Assembly: GCA_040768485.1 (NCBI GenBank)
Contig: JAXGMU010000010.1
Coordinates: forward strand, 1,477 to 65,476
Direction of reading: 5' to 3'
Source: Bacteroidales bacterium
GTDB taxonomy: Bacteria > Bacteroidota > Bacteroidia > Bacteroidales > GCA-2748055
DNA length: 64,000 bases
Both the position numbers and the translations under genes were made by a program. Each line of letters opens with the position of its first letter. Positions within the stretch are counted from its first letter, which is position 1. Under the pieces are notes generated by a model that ran no database searches, was not told the origin of the DNA, and saw only the letters and a program-made list of their open reading frames with translations. Shown one piece after another: positions 44,474 to 51,735 of this stretch.

Positions 44474-46297
44474 TTAGCGCAATTCCAGTTCGAGTTGCTT
44501 ATGGCCCGCTTTCCGGGAGTCGTATAGAATGGTCATATTTCCTTTTCCGGAGACCAGGAATTCGTATTCCACGTGTCCGAATCCCGGCACCTGGGCAAAC
44601 TGGATCTCGGGTTTGTGCTCTTTGTACGAGACCAAGTCATTGTACCTGTCCCGGATTTCTCCTCCCGCCACCACCTTGATGTTTTTACCATCCACGGCAA
44701 GGATATCTTTGGGGTAGAGCCCGTTTTTCACCGTTTTGTATGAGATGGAAGGCATGGCCTTGCTGTTGGTCAGCCGGACCCGGATGCGGTGAAGGTCGCC
44801 GGAGATCTTTTTCTTCTCGAACACCTCCATCTCCACTTCGGGCGTCTGTTCAGCACTGAACAGGACCGCGCTCGCCACCCTGTGCACTTCATCCTGCAGC
44901 ATGAACGGATGCGGAAGGCGGGAGCTCATCTTCACCCAGCCTCCGATTTCGATTTCCCCGTAGACGGGATGGTCGTAAGGCTCCCATTCCTTATAGAGCT
45001 CTCCGTGTGCCACGTGGTCGTTGAACTTCAGCATCTCCTTCTGCTGTCCGGTGCTTTCCCGGAAAAAGCCCCCTTCTTCCCCGCCCCGGTCCCTTATATC
45101 CGGGCCGTAGGTCTGGGACTCCCGCATGAACATTTCACCCACCAGGCTGTAGGATCCCAGCAGGTTATCGGTAAAGCTGGTGAAATCCCCGTATGTGGAA
45201 TAGAGGTCCTGCCATACCACAAGGTACCGGTATCCAGGGATGATGGATTCGGATTGCTGTCCAAGGTAATCATACACGGCCAGGTCGCCGCGGTTGAACT
45301 CTCCCAGCGCTTTTGTACCCGGTCCCCTGAGGATCATTCCCCCGCTGTTATGGAACGCCCAGACCATGATGATGTTGGGCCGGTTGAGCAGGAATTCCCC
45401 GATCGCCCTGATGCCTGATCCGGAGAAAGGGTAATTTCCCGATCCGCTCTGGACATAACCGGGTGCCCAGTTGTATCCCCAGTTGCGGTTGGGATCCACA
45501 TATCCTTCCGAGTCCTCGTTCACCTGTCCGTCACCGTCATTGTCGACCCCCTCCTGGCCCAGCAGGGTGTATTCCCCCTTTTCACCGGGTGCGACCCTGA
45601 CCATCACCCTTGGATCTTCCGGATCCAGCCTGTACGCCCCGTTGGGGTCTTTCTTCCTCATCCGGCAGATGTTCCCGTCCCCGTCCAGGTCATCCGGAAA
45701 ATCTTCATCGAACAGCCCGTCCCGGTCGTCATCCACCGGGATCCGCAATCCCCGGCTTGAACTGGGCGTATTGGGGTCCTCGAAAAAATGGTACCTGCCG
45801 TCCACGTTCACCGATGGAATGATATAAAACGCATTCTTATCCACCAGGGCGGTGATTTTTTCATTCTCGCCGTATTTCGTCAGCAGCATGTTGGCCAGGT
45901 ACAGGCATACCTCGCCCGCCTGGATCTCGTTGCCGTGAATGTTCCCGTCCACGTATACACCCGGTTTATCCGGGTGGTCCCCTGTTTCCGGATTATTGAT
46001 GGTGATGGCCCAGATCTCCCTGCCCTCTTCACTCTTTCCCACTACTTCAATCGCTGAAAGTTCCGGATAAGCCTCATGAAGCTTGTGAACAGCCTCCACC
46101 AGCTGCGCGTAATCGTAATACCGGTCGAACCGAAGGGGAATGATGATCTCCGGGTCTGAAGCATGGGCCGTTCCGGCTGCGAAGACCGGGTCAGCGGCGA
46201 AGGCCGGGCCGGCGGCTGCACTGAGTACGATGCTGCATGCCGTCGCATATGTAAATAACTTGATATTGTGAGGGATGTGTATCTTTTTCATGGCCAT
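44474..46297 (-). CDS. M14-family zinc carboxypeptidase, exported (ligands intact)
   Basis: HxxE zinc motif in VYVDGNIHGNEIQAGE and a later WAFHNSGG (candidate third ligand). Asp-rich DxDxDG loops. Signal peptide. The start ATG overlaps the upstream gene stop (TAATG). Confidence 0.85.
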   Translation of the reverse strand: MAMKKIHIPHNIKLFTYATACSIVLSAAAGPAFAADPVFAAGTAHASDPEIIIPLRFDRYYDYAQLVEAVHKLHEAYPELSAIEVVGKSEEGREIWAITINNPETGDHPDKPGVYVDGNIHGNEIQAGEVCLYLANMLLTKYGENEKITALVDKNAFYIIPSVNVDGRYHFFEDPNTPSSSRGLRIPVDDDRDGLFDEDFPDDLDGDGNICRMRKKDPNGAYRLDPEDPRVMVRVAPGEKGEYTLLGQEGVDNDGDGQVNEDSEGYVDPNRNWGYNWAPGYVQSGSGNYPFSGSGIRAIGEFLLNRPNIIMVWAFHNSGGMILRGPGTKALGEFNRGDLAVYDYLGQQSESIIPGYRYLVVWQDLYSTYGDFTSFTDNLLGSYSLVGEMFMRESQTYGPDIRDRGGEEGGFFRESTGQQKEMLKFNDHVAHGELYKEWEPYDHPVYGEIEIGGWVKMSSRLPHPFMLQDEVHRVASAVLFSAEQTPEVEMEVFEKKKISGDLHRIRVRLTNSKAMPSISYKTVKNGLYPKDILAVDGKNIKVVAGGEIRDRYNDLVSYKEHKPEIQFAQVPGFGHVEYEFLVSGKGNMTILYDSRKAGHKQLELELR

Positions 46298-48348
46298 TAT
46301 CCTCCAATGTTTACGGTTGTTTGATCGCTGCCTGCGGATTTGCTGGTGAGGCTTATCCGGATATCGGTTTTTTTATCTGCCCGGACCAACCAGGTCAGTT
46401 TTTTCCGGGAGTTGCCTTTCAGATCGCCCACCGGGGTTCGGGGGTACCCTGCCAAAAGCGTAAATCCTTTGCCTTCAAGTAGCACCACGGCGGGGGCGGG
46501 TTGCTGGTTCCTCCTTCCCATGGCAGTGGGGAAGGGAATGAGGGATGTATTCTCCACATATACCTCCATCTGGTAGACACCGGCTCCCTTTGGGGTGACC
46601 CTGGTCTCATATATCCCGAGGGAAGGGAGCCTCTCCGACAGCTGAAAGATCCAGGGAAGATGAAGGTCCAGGATCGAATCAGCGATGGAGCGGGGAGGAG
46701 TGGTTGCCGTAAAGGGGACGAATCCCCCGATCTCCACTTCTCCCAGCTGGGGATGTTTGAATTTTTGCCACTGGACGAATCCCTTTCCACCCAGTGCCTG
46801 GTCCGAATAATCCAGTATCGCTTTTTCCTTTGGGTTGGCTTCATCCTCTGGATTTGCGTCCTCCCCATCATGTCCTTTTTTGGGCATCTGTTTCACCATG
46901 GCTGCCAGCTGTGCCGGATCTGTCTGTCCGCCTTTTACGCCGGCCATGACTTCTTTGGCTGAAAATTGCTCCGGAACGCCTGCTTCTTCCATGAAAGCGG
47001 CGATTTTCTCTTCCCCCAGGGCGAGAAATTCTTCCGAAGTCATTTTTCCAAGCTGCTCCGGACTTAAACCACTACCTTCCTTTTCCTCCCGGGCAGGTTT
47101 GGGGACCGACCAGAGGTCCATGCTGAACACCGGCACCCCCAGGTGATAGTAGCACCAGAGCTCAAAGGAGCCATCTCTTGCCCTTTCCGGATCAAACCGT
47201 TCCTCTTTGACATTCTTTTCCTCCAGGTATTTTTTGTAGTCCTCGCTGAGCATGTTGTAGAAAGCCAGGTCCTCCTCCAGCGGGTTGACCGCCGCTCCCA
47301 GACCCAGAAAGCCCGCCACCATTGATTCGTCCACGGTTACCCCCTCTGGCAGCATGGGTTGGACCAGTTCAATGACCTCTTCCATGGTATAGGTTCTGCC
47401 TGGATCTGCCCCGAACATCTCCGCATATCTCTCAGGGATCTCGATCCGGTTCAGGTCCACCTCCCCCCTGCGCCCTCCCCTGGGCGGGGTATGGCAGAAA
47501 CTGGTGGATCCGAACGCAAAGGTCATGGCAATTTCGGGATGGGCATAGGCAAATTCAAGAATGGCCCTGCCTTCGGGTGACGATCCCGGATAGAGTCCGC
47601 TTTCCGGATCAAATGCCCTGAAGAGGTGGGGGAAATTAACGTTCACATTGGTGCCCCCCGGACCGTCCTCGTTATATTTCCCGTCACCGTCCGCATCCAG
47701 GCCTTCATCAAATATCCTGTAGATCCCCTGTTCCCCTTTTGCGGGATTGGCTTTGCGCATGAGACGGGGCTCATCATTCACCTGGATCCACTCGCCTTCC
47801 GGGTGAACGATGCGCATTTTGGTGATGTACCCGTCCCCGTTCAGGTCATTGAATCCGTCCTCGTCTGTCGCCTCATCCAGGTCGTCGTTGTGCGGGTATG
47901 CATTGCGGGTGTTCTCGAAGAGCGGAGTGCGGAAATAGCTGTAAAGTGCATCCGGATTGCCCGCAGGAACAATATACCAGGTCCTGTTTGCATAGGTCCC
48001 GGGATCATCCAGGATCCTTTCTGCAAGACTCAGTGCTGCCAGGCTTGCCAGGGGCCGGTTCCCCTCCAGGTTCCCCACCACCAGGATACCGGGATTTGTT
48101 TTTTCTGCGGAGGAAATCTCCTTCCCTATTTCAAGGAGCAACACCTCATTATCGCCGGGTGAGGTGGCCAGCAGGTTCACCTCACTGACTCCCGGGTTCG
48201 ATCGTTGCAATGTACGCAGGGACCGGTTGATCTGAGCTGGATCGGGATAAGCGTCCGGTTGGGCTCCGAGCGGTGTGAATCCGCCGATGAGCAGAATACT
48301 TAAAACGAGGAAGAGTGCCGGGAACCAGTTTCCGATAAAGTTTCTCAT
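46297..48348 (-). CDS. M14-like protein with the zinc-ligand positions substituted (probable pseudo-peptidase), exported
   Basis: Same fold signature and Asp-rich loops as the downstream paralogue. The HxxE position reads ILVVGNLEGNRPLAS (H to E, E to R by eye alignment). The later His position reads FAFGSTS. Signal peptide MRNFIGNWFPALFLVLSILLIGG from ATG 48348. Confidence 0.75.
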   Translation of the reverse strand: MRNFIGNWFPALFLVLSILLIGGFTPLGAQPDAYPDPAQINRSLRTLQRSNPGVSEVNLLATSPGDNEVLLLEIGKEISSAEKTNPGILVVGNLEGNRPLASLAALSLAERILDDPGTYANRTWYIVPAGNPDALYSYFRTPLFENTRNAYPHNDDLDEATDEDGFNDLNGDGYITKMRIVHPEGEWIQVNDEPRLMRKANPAKGEQGIYRIFDEGLDADGDGKYNEDGPGGTNVNVNFPHLFRAFDPESGLYPGSSPEGRAILEFAYAHPEIAMTFAFGSTSFCHTPPRGGRRGEVDLNRIEIPERYAEMFGADPGRTYTMEEVIELVQPMLPEGVTVDESMVAGFLGLGAAVNPLEEDLAFYNMLSEDYKKYLEEKNVKEERFDPERARDGSFELWCYYHLGVPVFSMDLWSVPKPAREEKEGSGLSPEQLGKMTSEEFLALGEEKIAAFMEEAGVPEQFSAKEVMAGVKGGQTDPAQLAAMVKQMPKKGHDGEDANPEDEANPKEKAILDYSDQALGGKGFVQWQKFKHPQLGEVEIGGFVPFTATTPPRSIADSILDLHLPWIFQLSERLPSLGIYETRVTPKGAGVYQMEVYVENTSLIPFPTAMGRRNQQPAPAVVLLEGKGFTLLAGYPRTPVGDLKGNSRKKLTWLVRADKKTDIRISLTSKSAGSDQTTVNIGG

Positions 48349-48481
48349 GGAGTTGAACTGTTTAGGAAAATAAGGATCCCTTAAAATAAGATTATTTCCA
48401 GGGAATCTTTCAGGAAATGACACAAAATCTGGATTGTCTTTCGCTTTAGGTTTGAGGAGCACGGTAAAGGTCCATGTGTAC

Positions 48482-48537
48482 GGTACAGATGCAGGTGCAC
48501 GATACAGTTCAGGTGCTCATGTACGGTTCACCATGCA
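48482..48537. repeat. Tandem 19-20-bp direct repeats in the divergent intergenic region
   Basis: GGTACAGATGCAGGTGCAC (48482-48500) and GATACAGTTCAGGTGCTCAT (48501-48520) match at about 15/19 positions. A weaker third copy is GTACGGTTCACCATGCA (48521-48537). Flanked by the CATGT(G)TACGGT duplicate at 48473-48484 and 48518-48527. Confidence 0.5.
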
Positions 48538-48659
48538 AAATCCAGACTCTTTCATGTTAATACGTTGAAAAACATATATATATAACAACGAGTAATTTAT
48601 TGGCACACAATTTGATCTATGTGAGGTGAAGAAAGGGTTCTTCAATAATAATTAAAACA

Positions 48660-49955
48660 ATGAAAACACGAACAGCCATATCGATCCTCGCAGTTCTGAC
48701 AGCCGGGATGACTTTCGTCGGGGCGCAGGACTGGCCTGAGGAATACCTGGGTCTTCCGGGAGACAATCTGAATCTCTATGCAGTCATGGACCTGTTCCAG
48801 GAATCCGAGACGCTTGAGGGCTTTGAAAGAAGCCTGAATGACAAGAATACGATGATCAACAACCTTGATCTGAACGGTGATCGCCTGATCGACTACATCA
48901 CGGTCTCCGACTATGTGGACGGTGATGTCCATACAATTGTGCTGAGGGCGGTGCTGGACCGCAATGATTACCAGGATGTGGCTGTATTTATCGTGGAGCT
49001 TCTGCGGAATGGATCTGTGCGGATCCAGCTGATCGGTGACGAGGCTCTGTACGGGAAGAATTACATTGTGGAACCCATCTACGCCGAAACACCAAATCCC
49101 GGGTATACCGGAAAACCGGCGCACAGGGAAAACATCAACGTGGTCACCACCACCTACTATGACATTGCCGCATGGCCCCTGATCACCTATATCTATCTCC
49201 CGAATTACGTGGTATGGCGGTCATCCTGGTACTGGGGTTACTATCCTGTCTACTGGCATCCCTGGAACCCTTACTACTGGCACTACTACTACGGATACCA
49301 TTACAGCTGGCACCATTATTACCACAAGCACTACCGCCACTGGAACCATTACCGCTATGCAGGGTACCATGATTTCTACCACAAAAGGGTAAGGGTGTAT
49401 TCCCCGACGGTAGTTGTCAACATCAATAAAGGGAATTACAACAGGACCTATTCACGTCCTGATCTGAGGAGAGAAGGTGAAGCCCTCTACACAAGGGTGC
49501 GGGCTACCCGCTCCACGCCGGTCGAGACGCGCACCACCAGGACCGTCGGACGAAGCACCGATGCCACGGTGACGCGCAGTACAACTACGACCCGCGACAC
49601 CAGGACAGCCGGCCGCAGCTCTGACGCCACGGTGACACGCAGTACGACAACAACCCGCAGCAATGCCACCAGGACTCTCGGCCGCAGCACGCCGGAAACG
49701 CGGACCACCCGGACCGAGACCCGGACCGCCACCCCGACGGTAAACACCCGGAGCGAGAGCCGGACCGTTGAGCGGACCGCCACCCCGGCCCCCCGCAGCA
49801 CGCCGGAAACGAGGACCACCCGGACCGAGAGCAGACCAACAACTCCGACGGTGAACACCCGGACCGAGGCCCGGACCGCCACCCCGACGGTGACCAACCG
49901 GAACGCGACCAGGTCTTCCTCGCCGAGCACGCAATCCAGGACAGTCCGGCGTTAA
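48660..49955 (+). CDS. Secreted protein: globular N-domain, Tyr/His/Trp-rich block, Thr/Arg-rich tandem-repeat tail (no family recognised)
   Basis: Signal peptide MKTRTAISILAVLTAGMTFVGAQ. Aromatic/His block WRSSWYWGYYPVYWHPWNPYYWHYYYGYHYSWHHYYHKHYRHWNHYRYAGYHDFYHKR (about 49215-49385). Tail of TR-rich repeats. Terminator-like hairpin downstream. Confidence 0.7.
   Translation: MKTRTAISILAVLTAGMTFVGAQDWPEEYLGLPGDNLNLYAVMDLFQESETLEGFERSLNDKNTMINNLDLNGDRLIDYITVSDYVDGDVHTIVLRAVLDRNDYQDVAVFIVELLRNGSVRIQLIGDEALYGKNYIVEPIYAETPNPGYTGKPAHRENINVVTTTYYDIAAWPLITYIYLPNYVVWRSSWYWGYYPVYWHPWNPYYWHYYYGYHYSWHHYYHKHYRHWNHYRYAGYHDFYHKRVRVYSPTVVVNINKGNYNRTYSRPDLRREGEALYTRVRATRSTPVETRTTRTVGRSTDATVTRSTTTTRDTRTAGRSSDATVTRSTTTTRSNATRTLGRSTPETRTTRTETRTATPTVNTRSESRTVERTATPAPRSTPETRTTRTESRPTTPTVNTRTEARTATPTVTNRNATRSSSPSTQSRTVRR
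49494..49952 (+). repeat. In-frame coding tandem repeats (Thr/Arg-rich)
   Basis: TRTVGRSTDATVTRSTTTTRD / TRTAGRSSDATVTRSTTTTRS are two adjacent 63-nt units (about 49536-49661). RSTPETRTTRTE[TS]R..TPTVNTR.E.RT occurs twice further on. Confidence 0.75.
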
Positions 49956-49984
49956 TCGGATAATTACGAAATACGTTCACCGGG

Positions 49985-50017
49985 GGCCTCCACTTTCAGG
50001 AGGCCTCCGGTCTTTTA
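49985..50017 (+). terminator. Rho-independent terminator candidate
   Basis: GGCCTCC-actttca-GGAGGCC hairpin (49985-50005) followed by a T-rich stretch (tccggtcttttatt), 30 nt after the stop at 49955. Confidence 0.45.
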
Positions 50018-50172
50018 TTGTCTTCTGAACCGTGCGATGAGCTGACGAAAACCGGGGAGAAACACTGTATACTGTAAGGTAAAATAAATATTTACAAACT
50101 CATCAATTTGTATAAAAGTCAAAGATTTGTGACTTCATGAAATGACTGAAACGGGTACCCCCTGAAACCACT

Positions 50173-51735
50173 TCACTCCTCGTATGCTGCATCCATGGCG
50201 TCGCCATACACGGCGTCTCTGATTTCCAGAGGATTGATATCAATCCGGCCGGTCACCAACCTGGGCAGGTTATAGTTGGCCACCAGCCTGTCATACATGG
50301 AGGGGTCTTTTTGCGGCAGTGCAAAAGGAGTATGGGCATTCCCGTTTTCATCGAAGTAGGCAATATGGGGTCTAGACAGTACTCCGTCCATTCTCTTGCT
50401 GCTGAATACCAGCCAGCGGCCGTTGGAGGACCAGGAAGGATGGCTCTCGGCGTATTCGCTGTTCAGGCCGAGTTTCCTGTACTCATGCGTTTCCAGGTCC
50501 ACGGAATAAAGGTCGCTGCACTGGTGAAAAATCGTGAAATAACCATAATTGCTCAGGGAGCAGACCAGGTATTTCCCGTCCGGGGAGACCGAGGGGTGAG
50601 AAATGCTCATACCGGTGGTATCCGCACTCAGCACCATTTCCGCTTCACCCCAGATATCGCCATCGGGATCGTAGGCGATCCGCATCAGACTGTACCTGGA
50701 ATGCAGCAGGCTTTCTTCATCGCCCCTGACAGCCTCCGGAGCACAGATAAAATACAGGTATTTTCCGTCCGCCGACCAGGCGGGCATGTTTTCACGCTTT
50801 GAGGTGGAAACTTCGGGTGAGGTGGTTACTTTATTTTCAGAAACATCATATACAATCAGGTCAGAAGCCCTGTCAGCCACATCCACCACCTTGTTTAGAC
50901 GGGTGGTCAGGTGGGGGCTGATCTTCCCGGTGGAAAAGGCAATATGCTTCCCGTCGGGATGCCAGGAGGGGTAGATTCCCGCGGACATGGTGCTTTCGGT
51001 GCTGGTATTCACCTTCATGAGGGTTCCCTGGTTCCAGATGAGGGTGCCCGGATTGATGATCCGGAAGTGGATCATCATGGTGGAGGGATCATTGTTCGCA
51101 AATGAATGGCAGTTCATGCAGCCGTGACCTGTGGAGGCATTCTCGATGAGCGGACTTTCCCTGAAACTGGTCAGGTCACGCTGGTAGATACCCATTTTCC
51201 GCCAGTTCAGGTACACAGCGTGGACGATCCGGTAGGCGATGAAAGGATCAATGGGATCGGTGGCGATCCGGTGGCTGATGCGCGGATACGCTGTCCATTT
51301 TCTGTCCCGGCGGGCCCATATCTGCACTGTCAGGGTGTCGCCTGCATGCTCTGAAAGGAGTTCTTTCCACCGGTTCATGGGAATCTTAATATGGGATGAG
51401 CGTTGCCGAATCTGGATCGCATCATTTTCACCCGACGAGATCTCTACCCTGAATTTTGAACCCGGTTCGCGGATGATGAAATTGAGGGGGGCAATGTTGG
51501 GCGGGATGGTAAGGTCATAATAAGCCGGGAAGATATCCGCCCCGGTGTCTGTTTGCATGGCGTTGTCCGGACCACCCCCACAGCCGGAGAGCAGCGCAAG
51601 TCCCGCGAGGATCAGCAACGGGTATCTGAGGCCCGGAGCACGGGTTTTCAGCAGGATGCTGATCCTCGGCAGGATGCTGATCCTCGGCAGGGTGCCGGCT
51701 TTTAATCGATGTCTCCTATATGGGCGCTTCTTCAT
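50173..51735 (-). CDS. Lipoprotein with a conserved CMNCH (CxxCH) motif and a PD40/TolB-like beta-propeller (module copy A, downstream gene)
   Basis: Lipobox LALLSGC. IPPNIAPLNFII block. GCMNCHSF at 51106-51120. PD40-like repeats (YPSWHPDGKHIAFS, MPAWSADGKYLYF, HPSVSPDGKYLVCS, HPSWSSNGRWLVFSSKR). ATG 51735 overlaps the upstream gene end by 20 nt. The track ORF start at 51936 is rejected. Confidence 0.8.
   Translation of the reverse strand: MKKRPYRRHRLKAGTLPRISILPRISILLKTRAPGLRYPLLILAGLALLSGCGGGPDNAMQTDTGADIFPAYYDLTIPPNIAPLNFIIREPGSKFRVEISSGENDAIQIRQRSSHIKIPMNRWKELLSEHAGDTLTVQIWARRDRKWTAYPRISHRIATDPIDPFIAYRIVHAVYLNWRKMGIYQRDLTSFRESPLIENASTGHGCMNCHSFANNDPSTMMIHFRIINPGTLIWNQGTLMKVNTSTESTMSAGIYPSWHPDGKHIAFSTGKISPHLTTRLNKVVDVADRASDLIVYDVSENKVTTSPEVSTSKRENMPAWSADGKYLYFICAPEAVRGDEESLLHSRYSLMRIAYDPDGDIWGEAEMVLSADTTGMSISHPSVSPDGKYLVCSLSNYGYFTIFHQCSDLYSVDLETHEYRKLGLNSEYAESHPSWSSNGRWLVFSSKRMDGVLSRPHIAYFDENGNAHTPFALPQKDPSMYDRLVANYNLPRLVTGRIDINPLEIRDAVYGDAMDAAYEE
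51651..51691 (-). repeat. 18-nt tandem duplication within the signal-peptide n-region of the 50173-51735 gene
   Basis: gcaggatgctgatcctcg occurs twice in tandem (51651-51668, 51669-51686) plus a partial third copy (gcagg). It encodes LPRISI-LPRISI. Confidence 0.7.

Noticed and set aside
49452-49980. Three overlapping minus-strand ORFs (131-160 aa) and the repetitive DNA at 49.5-49.9 kb. I considered a repeat array such as CRISPR, or an alternative Gly/Arg-rich gene.
   Set aside because: The repeats are of two different unit types, are in frame with the plus-strand ORF, and lack constant-length unique spacers. The minus-strand products are Arg/Gly/Pro shadows of the Thr/Arg-coding strand.
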